Of a stretch of 64,000 nucleotides of DNA, positions 49,994 through 60,063 are shown piece by piece (positions within the stretch are counted from its first letter, which is position 1; each line of letters starts with the position of its first letter). Under the pieces are notes generated by a model. That model made no database searches and was not told where the DNA came from. It saw nothing but the letters and a program-made list of their open reading frames with translations. The position numbers were made by a program, and so were the translations under genes. Source of the stretch: Oscillospiraceae bacterium (GTDB lineage Bacteria; Bacillota; Clostridia; Oscillospirales; Oscillospiraceae). The stretch is taken from positions 1,902 to 65,901 of the forward strand of contig JAGAUY010000011.1 of NCBI GenBank assembly GCA_017620525.1, in the 5' to 3' direction.

Positions 49994-51058
49994 TTATTGG
50001 ACATCTGTCATATCGTAAAGGGAATTTTCGCCCCGCTCCATGCGCTCCAGAGCGACCAGCGCATAAAACGCCTGCTCCGTTGCCATCAGATCAGACTCTC
50101 CATCCAGGATATGGCGGAACCCGCCGTCCTCCGTCAGGAAATCCAGCAGCCGGTCTTTCAGCGTGTTCCCGTTCTTCACGAACCGCGAATCATCGATGCT
50201 GATCCCCAACTCTGCCAGCGCGGTGATCACCTGAGAAATGGACTCACTGCTCTCAGAACCATAGGCGGAAAATCCACCCTCGTCGTTCTGAAGCTCAGAC
50301 AGCACTGTTAGTGCGCGGTCAATGGCCTCGGACACGTCCTGACGATCCTGATACTTCGCAAGGGCTTGCAGTGCCATGGCGGTAATGTCCACATCCGCTT
50401 CACTGCCTGCCAAAGTCCATCCACCGGCAGGACACTCCGCATCCAGAATGTATTCCAGATAAAGCTCCCGGGTCGCCTGGGTCGTGCCGGCCACATTTTC
50501 AGGGATCTCATAACTGCCGCTGTCCAGCGCCAGCAGCGCAAAGATGGGACCATTGATGCCCTGGAAGATGGTCTGCTCATAGTCTGCCAGCGGAACCAAC
50601 AGATTATAGCCTCCCACATCGGTGGGATCCTTGCCGATGGCCGTCAGCGCCAGGATCACACGGGAATACTCCGTGTATTTCCTTTCGTTCAGGAGGCCTT
50701 CACAATTGATAACATATTCTTCCGCCTGTTCGTAGTAGCTGTCGAACCATTCCTGGGGCACTTCTCCACCCCAACGGGCAAGGCCGAAGGCTACCCACTC
50801 GCCGCCGACAGAACCGTAAGTCGGTTCGGGAATCGATTCCTGCAGCATCGCAGCGCAGTCATCCAGAGAGAATTCTGCCCTTTCCTTTTCTCCGTCCTCA
50901 GAGCCGCTGCTGGGTTCCAAAGCTACATCCGTCTGGGTTGTCGTGCTGTCATCCAGAGAAGATTCCTTCTTTTCCCCGGCGCAAGCTGTCACAGTCAGCG
51001 TCATCACCAAGGCAATAACAACAGCAAGTATTTTTTTGAACATGATTTTATCTTTCAA
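49994..51058 (-). CDS. Lipoprotein with prenyltransferase/squalene-oxidase alpha-barrel repeats
   Basis: Lipobox VTAC, GGEW..FGLAR, QGINGPIFALLALD, DVDITAMALQAL, LQNDEGGF, MATEQA. Confidence 0.82.
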   Translation of the reverse strand: MKDKIMFKKILAVVIALVMTLTVTACAGEKKESSLDDSTTTQTDVALEPSSGSEDGEKERAEFSLDDCAAMLQESIPEPTYGSVGGEWVAFGLARWGGEVPQEWFDSYYEQAEEYVINCEGLLNERKYTEYSRVILALTAIGKDPTDVGGYNLLVPLADYEQTIFQGINGPIFALLALDSGSYEIPENVAGTTQATRELYLEYILDAECPAGGWTLAGSEADVDITAMALQALAKYQDRQDVSEAIDRALTVLSELQNDEGGFSAYGSESSESISQVITALAELGISIDDSRFVKNGNTLKDRLLDFLTEDGGFRHILDGESDLMATEQAFYALVALERMERGENSLYDMTDVQ

Positions 51059-51079
51059 TTTTCACTCACTCCCGCTTTC

Positions 51080-54000
51080 TCAGCTTTCCGCAGGAAAGGT
51101 ATCAATCGTTCCATAGTAATAGGAAACGATCAGGTTGGCGTCTTGGGTGTCAATCGTACCGTTGCCATCCACATCTGCAAGTTTCAGCTGCTGCTCGGTC
51201 AGTTCCTCGCTGCCATAGTAGTAAGAAACCACCAGATTTGCGTCCTGTGTATCGATGGTGCCATCCATGTTGACATCACCAATCAGCAGATCTGCCTCTT
51301 CCTCACCAATGGTCAGTTCCAGCGTTACAGAGGGTGTAGTCGTTGCGACGCCTGCTGTCATGGCAGTTCCATCCTCTGCGTTGTGGTACATGACATATTC
51401 AAAAGAAATTGTAACAGCGCAATTTCCTTCTGTCAATGCATCCGCAGAATAAGTCACATATTTGGTGATATCTCTGGTCATGCCATTAGCGTAAGTGGCC
51501 GTCACCACCATGCCAGTGGGGTCGAAGGTCTCCCCTTCTGCGTAGGTCATCTTGTCCGGCAGAGTGGTCACTTCAATGGTTACATTGCTGCCAAAGGCCA
51601 TCAGGTAAGCAGAGTCATTCTTGAAATAAATGGTGCCGTACTCGTCCACAATGGGGCTGCAAATAGCATACTGCGCCTGGTCGCCGGTGGGCGTGAACAG
51701 CGCGTAAGCGGTGGTGTAACTGCCCTCGGTGGTCACATAATCGGCACTGGTCTGGCCTGCCTTATCCCGCAGAACCCGAAACTTGCCAGGGGTCATGTTG
51801 TCAAAGAAATAGACATAGACATAACCACTTTCAGCTTCATAAGCCGTGGTCAGCAAACCGCTGGTCTGGGGATAGCCCTGGGTCTGAACGCTGTAGGCAA
51901 TGGCCTTTTTACTTAGATCGATGACTGTGATATTATGCCCGGAGTATGCGGCAAACTGGCCGGAACCAGACACGCCCACATAGGCCCTGCCATTGTAAAC
52001 CACGGGAGAACAGGTACTCATGGGCGTATTGCTGCTGCCATTGACAAGTACAACACTCCACATATTTGTCAGCTTCCGGTCAGCGGTGACCTGAACGCAG
52101 TAGAAGCCGCCGCCCTTGGAGGTGAAATAGTAAGCGTCGGTGACGCTGTCATAGACAACCGTGCTGCGAATATCGCCGTTGAGACCATCCCAGCTGTCCA
52201 GCAGCGCGCCAGACTTAGGATCCAGTAGCAGAAGCCGGGAGGTCTGGCTGGTGCAGGTATTGGTTCCGTCATCGGTGCCTACCAGCACAAAGTCATCGCA
52301 GGCATAAGCACCGGCCCAGTAGTAGCCGCCCTTGGCGGTATAATACCAGCAGGCGCATTTGCTTTCCTTCGTCTGAGTGGGGTCTTCATCCGTGATGGAC
52401 AGGCATACAAAGTTGGCGTCGCCGGTTTCGCTGTTCCAGAAGCCGGTATACAGATAACCATTTTTCACCGTCAGCGGGCAGTTGGGCTGGCCGCCCAGCG
52501 GATCGGTATAAATCCACAGAGATTCCAGCGTGACTGCATTGAACGCCTGTACGGTACCATTGGACAACGCCACAAAAACCATGCCTTCTGCGTAGGTGGG
52601 CGGGGTGATGGAGAAGCTGGACTTATGATCCATCGTGCCTGTTGCCACAACTTCACCCGTAACCGTATCAACGCGGTAGATCTTATCGCTTGCGTAGGTG
52701 ATCAGATATCCATCCACAATAATGGGGCTGCCGACCGCGTCAGAGTCGATGCCGCTGCCGATCTGGTTTGCCCAGTAAAGGGTACCATCTTCTGCGGCAG
52801 TCGGAATCCTGGCATCGGTCACGCCGTTGTTGGATTCATCACCACGGAAATTGGACCATTCCGATGTCAGGCTTGTATTGATGGTACTGTTGATCGCCGC
52901 CTGATCCAGCTTCCAGGTGATGGTCACAGTTCCGCCGCCTGCCTCGGTTTCTGTCACAGCATAACTCTCGGTTCCATTCGTCACCACCAGATTGTTATCT
53001 TCATCCCGTGTCACGCTGATGGTGCCGGACTTGCTCACATAGCCGTACTCCGTCAGCGTGAAGTCGTAGCTGTATCCTTCGCAAAGCTGGAATGCTCCAT
53101 TTTCATCAGGCCACAGCCGCTCGCCGGACATGGTTTCGTTCAGATTCAGAAGTGCATTCTCCGGTGTGATCTCAAAGATCGCCTCCACCGGGGGAGATTT
53201 CAGGATATGCAGTACATAATCAGAGCTGCCATTAGGCGCCTTATCATTTTCTACGGTGATGGTCACATTCTGGGTCTCTATGGTACCGTCCAGTTCGATT
53301 GCCGCCACCCCAGACCCGGTCACATCAGTTCCGTCCACCTTGACCCGGTAGCCAACTTCATCTTCGCCATAGCAGGTATTGCCTGCGTGGGGCGCTACGA
53401 AAAGATCCAGGGTCTCGGCGGCCATGGAAACCGTTACGAAATACTCCTTCACATCCGAGCTGAAGCCGGTGCTTCCGTTTTCCTGTACCAAAGATGCCGT
53501 AATGCCGTCGCATTTTGCAGTCATATCTTCCAGGGTCAGCATTCTGCCAAAGTCAACGATATAGTCCTGATAATAGGTTGCGCCGTCTGCTTCCTTCGTC
53601 AGGCGGATGGTCACCGCATTTTCAATGGGGTTTTCATCCATCAGGAAACGGTTCAGCTGAACGCCAGTCGTTGCGCCAGAAGTCAGTTCTTTGGTCTGTT
53701 CCTTACCGTGGTACAATGCAGACGCAAATACCTGATCGTAAATTGCCTGAATGGTCACACCGCTTTCTTCCGTAGAAACCCACACATATGCCAGATGCTC
53801 TGTGTCCACATATTCCACCTGATAGCTGTGGTTGGACACAGAGAATTCCGAATTAAGAGGAAGGGTATTCTTGTATTTACTGCTGCTCTTTGTACCAAAA
53901 GCCAGCTCTTTCAGCCAATCTTCCGTGGGAACATCCAATTCAATGGTGCTGTCGGCCACATCTTCCATGGTGAATTCATCCGCGATGTGGTAATAGGTAT

Positions 54001-55624
54001 CGGCAGTAGCCACATAGCTGTAGGTTTCACCGGGAACCAGGATATACTGATAACGGTTTCCGGAAGTCCCCTCCTTGAACCGCTCAAAGGGCATCACTTC
54101 CCCATTGCTGTTGACCACCTCCACCGTCACATCCGCAGATGTAGTAACGAAAGACAGTGCCTTACCCTCACCGGGACAAATGATCAGCGTATATGTATTG
54201 GAGTAGCCGTTTGCGGATACGGTCACAACAACGGAAGTCTCCTCTGCGTCTGCCAGTTCCACTGTCACTCCGCTTGCAGCGTCCTGACCGTTCACTGTGA
54301 CCTTGTAGCTATCATCCAGGGGCTTTGCAGTAACCGTGACCGCAGTAACCGTATCCACGACCTTGTACACATATTCCGTCACATCACCGCTGAAAGGCGT
54401 CATAGCGGTCTGATCCACACCGTTCTGATCCGCAACGGAAATTGCCATCAGAGAGGGAATTCTCGCAAATTCCACAGTGTAATCCTGAGAATAGGTGTAG
54501 TCATTCTCTGCCGTACAGCTGACCCGGTAGATGACCGTGTTCCCGGAAGCACCCTTCTTCAAAACATTTGCCGCACCGCTGGTCAGGGATTCAAAGGGGA
54601 TCGTCTGTTCCACACTGCTGCCGTTCTGGGCATTCCTGTACACAGCCGTTAGCACCGGTGTTCCGGGAACCAGGTCAGCATCATACTCTGCATAGGTATA
54701 GACAGTGCCCGTAAAGGTATCGCTCACAGGCACTACTACCTGCCGGTCACTCCATGTACCCAGGGCAAATTCATCGTCGCTGAACTTGTTGTCTGTGCTG
54801 TCCTCAGCACCATAACTGCCGGACAGTCGGAAAGCATCCAGCTCCAGCCACAGATTCTGGGGCAATGCCGCCTGCACAGTCATTGTGTCTGCCACCGTGG
54901 TACTGCCCTCTACGGCCAGTCCATTCTGACTGACACGGAAAGCATAGCTTCCTGCCGGCAGCTCCAGCACACCGTCACCATCGTCGGTCCACACCTTGCC
55001 ATAGGCATTTTCCGCTGTAATAGCTACATTGGAATATACGCTGCTTCCGTTGGCGAAGGTCACTTTGTACTGTACCCCGGTCTGGCTCTGCTCATAATCG
55101 CTGATGGCCTTATTCAGGTTTTCTGCAAGAACCGCTGCGGAATCACTGTCAATACCAACAAACTGGATGTATGCCGTGTCGTAAGCATCCTTTGCCGCAG
55201 TCCGAACATCGGTTTCCTTTAACTGATAATCTGCCATGGCTGTCATCAACTGCTGAAGACCAGTGCTGGGTTGGCTGTTGGCATCCTCGCTGAAACGGAA
55301 GAATCCCACCTCAGATGCCTGCTTGTCCAGCGCAAAGTCACCATCCTCATCGCTGCGGGTGAAGTTCCCCACTGCACCGTCGATGGCAGAAACCATGCCC
55401 TCTTCCAGTCCGGTAAATTCATGCCCGCTGGCAATCAACGCCTCCTGCACTGTCTGACCTTCCGTATAGGTAACATACTCCGGAGCGATCACCAGCGTTC
55501 CGTTTGCTTCCGCAACCAGCACAAAGGTGTTCTCTGTCACTGCCATGACGCCTGTCGGTAACATTCCAACCAGCATCATCACGGTAAGAAGCAAACAGAG
55601 CACTCTCTTTCCCATTTTCTTCAT
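51080..55624 (-). CDS. Secreted multidomain protein: cadherin-like sandwiches, PQQ-like beta-propeller, Ig-like domain, C-terminal dockerin
   Basis: Signal peptide; EWSNFRG..LYW propeller start; TLPDKMTYAEGETFDPTGM; twin GDVNMDGTIDTQDA/ADVDGNGTIDTQDA Ca-binding loops. Confidence 0.85.
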   Translation of the reverse strand: MKKMGKRVLCLLLTVMMLVGMLPTGVMAVTENTFVLVAEANGTLVIAPEYVTYTEGQTVQEALIASGHEFTGLEEGMVSAIDGAVGNFTRSDEDGDFALDKQASEVGFFRFSEDANSQPSTGLQQLMTAMADYQLKETDVRTAAKDAYDTAYIQFVGIDSDSAAVLAENLNKAISDYEQSQTGVQYKVTFANGSSVYSNVAITAENAYGKVWTDDGDGVLELPAGSYAFRVSQNGLAVEGSTTVADTMTVQAALPQNLWLELDAFRLSGSYGAEDSTDNKFSDDEFALGTWSDRQVVVPVSDTFTGTVYTYAEYDADLVPGTPVLTAVYRNAQNGSSVEQTIPFESLTSGAANVLKKGASGNTVIYRVSCTAENDYTYSQDYTVEFARIPSLMAISVADQNGVDQTAMTPFSGDVTEYVYKVVDTVTAVTVTAKPLDDSYKVTVNGQDAASGVTVELADAEETSVVVTVSANGYSNTYTLIICPGEGKALSFVTTSADVTVEVVNSNGEVMPFERFKEGTSGNRYQYILVPGETYSYVATADTYYHIADEFTMEDVADSTIELDVPTEDWLKELAFGTKSSSKYKNTLPLNSEFSVSNHSYQVEYVDTEHLAYVWVSTEESGVTIQAIYDQVFASALYHGKEQTKELTSGATTGVQLNRFLMDENPIENAVTIRLTKEADGATYYQDYIVDFGRMLTLEDMTAKCDGITASLVQENGSTGFSSDVKEYFVTVSMAAETLDLFVAPHAGNTCYGEDEVGYRVKVDGTDVTGSGVAAIELDGTIETQNVTITVENDKAPNGSSDYVLHILKSPPVEAIFEITPENALLNLNETMSGERLWPDENGAFQLCEGYSYDFTLTEYGYVSKSGTISVTRDEDNNLVVTNGTESYAVTETEAGGGTVTITWKLDQAAINSTINTSLTSEWSNFRGDESNNGVTDARIPTAAEDGTLYWANQIGSGIDSDAVGSPIIVDGYLITYASDKIYRVDTVTGEVVATGTMDHKSSFSITPPTYAEGMVFVALSNGTVQAFNAVTLESLWIYTDPLGGQPNCPLTVKNGYLYTGFWNSETGDANFVCLSITDEDPTQTKESKCACWYYTAKGGYYWAGAYACDDFVLVGTDDGTNTCTSQTSRLLLLDPKSGALLDSWDGLNGDIRSTVVYDSVTDAYYFTSKGGGFYCVQVTADRKLTNMWSVVLVNGSSNTPMSTCSPVVYNGRAYVGVSGSGQFAAYSGHNITVIDLSKKAIAYSVQTQGYPQTSGLLTTAYEAESGYVYVYFFDNMTPGKFRVLRDKAGQTSADYVTTEGSYTTAYALFTPTGDQAQYAICSPIVDEYGTIYFKNDSAYLMAFGSNVTIEVTTLPDKMTYAEGETFDPTGMVVTATYANGMTRDITKYVTYSADALTEGNCAVTISFEYVMYHNAEDGTAMTAGVATTTPSVTLELTIGEEEADLLIGDVNMDGTIDTQDANLVVSYYYGSEELTEQQLKLADVDGNGTIDTQDANLIVSYYYGTIDTFPAES

Positions 55625-55639
55625 TGGTCATACTCCTTC

Positions 55640-57931
55640 CTAGTATCGACATTCGATCCACTTCATCCACAGCCGTTTGTTCCATCTTGTCCAGGACAGC
55701 AGATGATGGAGCGTTTTATTTCGGAACTCCAACATGGCATCTCTCTGTTCCTCCGTCATTTCACGGCTGCTGAACAGCGCCATGGAATTCAGATCGATCA
55801 TATTCCAAAATTCTGCCGCATACCCATCGCCAAAACGAATTCTGACGGGCTCGCGCAAATCCTGCATTGAACCATTGCCCCGATCAAAACCCAGCTTTTC
55901 CAGCAGCGTTGTGGTATCCGCAAAAATCCATGCAATAGCTCCCCTGCAATTCTCATCCCGGAACTTCTTCTCTTTCGCAGACAGAATGATCTTTCTTCTG
56001 ACCATCAAAATCACAGCCAACAGCAGGATTATGAGCACGATCAGAATACCACCCCAGGCAATTGCTTTCGGAACATTGGTCATATAACCGCCGTCAGGTT
56101 CTTCCGTTTCCTGGTTATCCTCAGGATTCTCTTCCAGCTCCTGCCCCTCTTTGGGATTCAGACTTTCGGAATTCGGATCCTTTGCCGTATCGGAGTTGTC
56201 AATTCTGTCCCCAGACTCCTGCTCATCCATTCCGGCAGTCAGATTCAGCGGAATCCAGCCAATGCCGTCCTGATATACTTCCACCCAAGCCTGCCCGCAG
56301 ATGCTGTCCACCTCTATGGAAGCCCCGCTTTCTGCTTCCGCCGCCATTTCCTCTGTAATCACATAGCCTTCCGCATAGCGGGCAGGAATACCAAAGTAGC
56401 GCAGGGTCAGCGCTGCGACGGTGGCGTACTGATAGCTGCTCCCCTGTACCTGGCTCAAGGGCAATTCAACCTCACTGTCATCACCAAAGCATTGATTCAA
56501 AAAGTCCAGCACACAAGCCTGCGCCTGTTCAGAAGTCAGCTTGTCCGAAGCACCATACCGATTCGCGGCAGAATCCCATTTCTGCTCCAGCATATCCAAC
56601 ACTTCCTGTGGAATTTGCAGATAGCATCTGTACACAAAGTCCCGATACGCACTTTCCGCTTTTCTGTAGTTCATCACCGCTTCGTCATCTGATGCCTGAA
56701 GATTTTCCAGCACCTGACCGACCAACCCGGAGCCGCTGGAAACAACCGAAAACATATAGATTCTTTCGCCGTCGGAGGCGGTGCTTTCCGCGTTCAGATT
56801 CTCCGCATGCAGCAGTTCATCCGACGAAAGGCTGAACGGAAGACAATAAAACCTGCTGCAGGCACCGATATTCTGCACCGTAATCTGATTGCGCTCTGTC
56901 TCCATATTGAAAATGGCACTTTCAAATTGCCGGTTTGGATTGAATTCATTCAGATTGAGCCAATAAAGCAGATCTTCATACTCTGCGAGAATTTCCGTAT
57001 CCAATGGATTCCAGGCGTTGTTTTCATATACCGCCCCCGTGAATCCACGCAGATACATTTGCTCCGGCTTTTCCATGGTGACGATCAGCGCCGGTTTGGC
57101 ATCTTCTCCAGCGTCCCGGTAATCGGTAAAAACGCCTTCGGGAAGAGTCGTATATTTTGTTTCATATTTGCGCGCATGTAGGTTTTCATGCAGCAGCAGA
57201 CTGAATCCCGATGCCCAGCTTTCCACTGCCGGAAGCGCCGCCGCTGATACAAGCATACAGGCAACCAGCACAAAGGCAACCCAGTTTATCAGAATTCCCA
57301 GCGATGCTTTTTTCTTTCCCCAGCCGCTATACAGTAGAAGCAGCACTGCGGTCATCATCACAAGCATCAGATACCCACCTGAAATCTGTTCTCCAAAGAC
57401 GGTTGTTCCAATCAGAACCAAACCGGGAAGCGCAGCCGCGAGAACAGGTGCAGCGACAGAAACCATCATACTACACAGAAGCGATCCAATACCGCCTGTC
57501 AGCAGGGAGAACAGTAGTAAGCAGGCACTACGCTCCTGCGGTCCGCACTGGGTTTCCAATTCAGGCAGTACCCAGCCGGTGGATGCAGTCCAGGTATCCC
57601 CCAGTTGGTTCCAAAACAGCCCAATCCCATCCATCATCTGCTGTCTGAAGAATATCACAAGCAGCAGCAAAAGCATCAGCACACCAGGATAGAATACTCC
57701 CTGCCGCTGAAAGGCCAACAGAATGCCATGAAGCGCACAAAGACAGATACCGATGAGAAGCATCCACAGAACGGGATAAATCTGATCAAATCCCGTCATT
57801 TCTGTAAACGCCAGTATCAGCGCTGTGTATGTCAAAAGGCCCGTAACGGTATGCAAAATCCAGTCGCTATTTTTCCTTTGTGTTCGCTCCGCCGGGCGGA
57901 GCCACATTCCCTTTTTATTTACCTGGGTCAA
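55640..57931 (-). CDS. Polytopic membrane protein with transglutaminase-like domain (catalytic residues substituted)
   Basis: YLRGFTG, LRYFGIPARYAEGY, AWVEVY..GIGW. Confidence 0.82.
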   Translation of the reverse strand: MTQVNKKGMWLRPAERTQRKNSDWILHTVTGLLTYTALILAFTEMTGFDQIYPVLWMLLIGICLCALHGILLAFQRQGVFYPGVLMLLLLLVIFFRQQMMDGIGLFWNQLGDTWTASTGWVLPELETQCGPQERSACLLLFSLLTGGIGSLLCSMMVSVAAPVLAAALPGLVLIGTTVFGEQISGGYLMLVMMTAVLLLLYSGWGKKKASLGILINWVAFVLVACMLVSAAALPAVESWASGFSLLLHENLHARKYETKYTTLPEGVFTDYRDAGEDAKPALIVTMEKPEQMYLRGFTGAVYENNAWNPLDTEILAEYEDLLYWLNLNEFNPNRQFESAIFNMETERNQITVQNIGACSRFYCLPFSLSSDELLHAENLNAESTASDGERIYMFSVVSSGSGLVGQVLENLQASDDEAVMNYRKAESAYRDFVYRCYLQIPQEVLDMLEQKWDSAANRYGASDKLTSEQAQACVLDFLNQCFGDDSEVELPLSQVQGSSYQYATVAALTLRYFGIPARYAEGYVITEEMAAEAESGASIEVDSICGQAWVEVYQDGIGWIPLNLTAGMDEQESGDRIDNSDTAKDPNSESLNPKEGQELEENPEDNQETEEPDGGYMTNVPKAIAWGGILIVLIILLLAVILMVRRKIILSAKEKKFRDENCRGAIAWIFADTTTLLEKLGFDRGNGSMQDLREPVRIRFGDGYAAEFWNMIDLNSMALFSSREMTEEQRDAMLEFRNKTLHHLLSWTRWNKRLWMKWIECRY

Positions 57932-57945
57932 GGCTTCCGCCTCCC

Positions 57946-59082
57946 TTACAGATCAATTTGTGATAATTGCTCCTGATAGTGCTCCGGGTCAAACATGACC
58001 GCACTATCCAGAGATGTTTTTCCGCACAGCAGCATCGTTACATGTCCAAACCGTTGCAGCTCCATAACCTCACTCTGGGGTTCCTCCGCAATGTAGACCA
58101 TGTGTGCGCACAGTGGCGCTCCACCGGTCTGCAGTAGTAAGCCTGCTCCGCTGACGCTTTCCTTGACGCCTGTTGCTCGCATCAGTCTGGGAATGATGCC
58201 CACCAGCTCATCCATATCCCGGATTTCGTGGAGGATGCACAGATTTCTGTCCGTATCATTCCAGCCGATGGTAAACTGGATACCGCTATCCAACAGGCTC
58301 CGGCACAGAGAAACAACCGTTTCCGCCTGGGCATCGATGATTTCCCGGTTCCCTGACTCTCCCGTCCGCTCCCAGAACACCAACACATTTCTGGTAATGG
58401 GCAACGCAGGATCACGGACGATCAGCTTGTCAAATTTACCGGTCAATTTCCAGTGAATCTGCCGTGGGCTGTCTCCGGGAACATATTCCCGAATCTGATA
58501 TGTTTCCGTCAAATCGGAACCGGGCCTGTCCTGAGAATATACATCGCTTTCGTCCATGCTGTGAGGGCTTGGGATCAATGTGATGTTCGGCTCAAAGGTA
58601 TCCGGCTGAACTGTTATATGCGTCACTGCGCTGCACTTACAGCGTATTCCGATCAATGCGAAGCAGTCATACAGCACGGCCTGCTGAACGGATACACGCA
58701 ACCGTCCACAGTAGTCACTGCCAGTTGTCAAAGCTGCTTCACGCCCCTTTTTCGGTGGCATCCAGGTCATCATATGGATCGTTTCACATTCCCGGTTCAG
58801 CTGATTTTGCGCCAGCAGTTTGCAGCGGACACGCATCGCGGGAAAGATCGTAGGGTTGTCAAGGGCAACCGAAAAGCTGCCGCTTTCACCCTTTCGGATG
58901 TTGGGAGCCGCATTCAGACTGACACTGAGATTTTTTCTTATATACAGGTTCACCGGGATACTGCCCAGTGGGATCAGCACAAGCAATACAGCCAATGCCA
59001 ATGCCATGCTGCTGCCAAAATACCCGAAGAAACCTAAACAAATCCCTTCCAGTACCAGCCAGCATATTTTCATTGCGATCAT
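57946..59082 (-). CDS. DUF58 domain protein
   Basis: IREYVPGDSPRQIHWKLTGK..LIVR; follows moxR. Confidence 0.88.
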   Translation of the reverse strand: MIAMKICWLVLEGICLGFFGYFGSSMALALAVLLVLIPLGSIPVNLYIRKNLSVSLNAAPNIRKGESGSFSVALDNPTIFPAMRVRCKLLAQNQLNRECETIHMMTWMPPKKGREAALTTGSDYCGRLRVSVQQAVLYDCFALIGIRCKCSAVTHITVQPDTFEPNITLIPSPHSMDESDVYSQDRPGSDLTETYQIREYVPGDSPRQIHWKLTGKFDKLIVRDPALPITRNVLVFWERTGESGNREIIDAQAETVVSLCRSLLDSGIQFTIGWNDTDRNLCILHEIRDMDELVGIIPRLMRATGVKESVSGAGLLLQTGGAPLCAHMVYIAEEPQSEVMELQRFGHVTMLLCGKTSLDSAVMFDPEHYQEQLSQIDL

Positions 59083-59100
59083 AAGCAGTACCTGCTTCCC

Positions 59101-60048
59101 TTATTTTTTCACAACCGGCATTTTCACAGAGTCCAGAACGCTGCGGATAATATTCTCAGGCCGTTCCTCCATCATTCTGGCCTTCGTTGCGAGCACCAAA
59201 CGGTGGGCACAGACATCAGGGAAGACTGACGCTACATCCTCCGGGATCACAAAATCACGGCCATTCAGATAGGCATAGGCTTTTGCCATACGGCAAACCG
59301 CCAGCGCGCCGCGGGGGCTGATGCCCAACTGCACCATGGGGTGTTCTCTGGTTGCCACAGTAAGTCTGGTTACATACTCATACACAGTGTCTTTGATTTC
59401 TACCGCTCCGGTTTCCTTGACCAGTTCCTGAAGCTGGGCAATATTCACCACAGGTGCGATCTTATTCAACGGATTCTCTGTATGTCGGTCCCGAAGAATG
59501 CTGACCTGGCTTTGAAAATCCGGATAACCCATGCTGATTTTGATCATAAAGCGATCCAGCTGAGAATTGGGCAGCATTTGGGTGCCGGCAGAGCCAATAG
59601 GATTCTGGGTAGCCAGGACCACGAAGGGCTTCGGCAGATCATAGGTCTGCCCATCCACCGTCACATGGAGTTCTTCCATCGCTTCCAGCAATGCGGACTG
59701 GGTCTTGCTGGAGGTACGGTTGATCTCGTCCGCCAGCAGCAGGTTCGTCATAACCGCACCCGGCTTATAGGCGAACCCGTCGCTCTCCTTATCATAGACC
59801 GAGTAGCCGATGATGTCGGAGGGCACCGTATCGGAGGTGAACTGAACACGGCGGGTGTCCAGTCCCAGCACCTTCGCGAAGGTCATAGCTGTCGTCGTTT
59901 TACCGACGCCGGGAACATCCTCCATCAGTACATGACCGCCTGCCAACACAGCCATCAATATCTTCTCGACAATCTCATTTTTACCTACAACGACCTTTTC
60001 AATTTCTTGCAGGATTTCGTTAATCTTTTGATTCATATTCTCCTCCAA
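59101..60048 (-). CDS. MoxR family AAA+ ATPase
   Basis: GHVLMEDVPGVGKT, LADEINR, QSALLEAMEE, ATQNP, SPRG. Confidence 0.95.
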   Translation of the reverse strand: MEENMNQKINEILQEIEKVVVGKNEIVEKILMAVLAGGHVLMEDVPGVGKTTTAMTFAKVLGLDTRRVQFTSDTVPSDIIGYSVYDKESDGFAYKPGAVMTNLLLADEINRTSSKTQSALLEAMEELHVTVDGQTYDLPKPFVVLATQNPIGSAGTQMLPNSQLDRFMIKISMGYPDFQSQVSILRDRHTENPLNKIAPVVNIAQLQELVKETGAVEIKDTVYEYVTRLTVATREHPMVQLGISPRGALAVCRMAKAYAYLNGRDFVIPEDVASVFPDVCAHRLVLATKARMMEERPENIIRSVLDSVKMPVVKK

Positions 60049-60063
60049 TGTATCCTATGGAAA

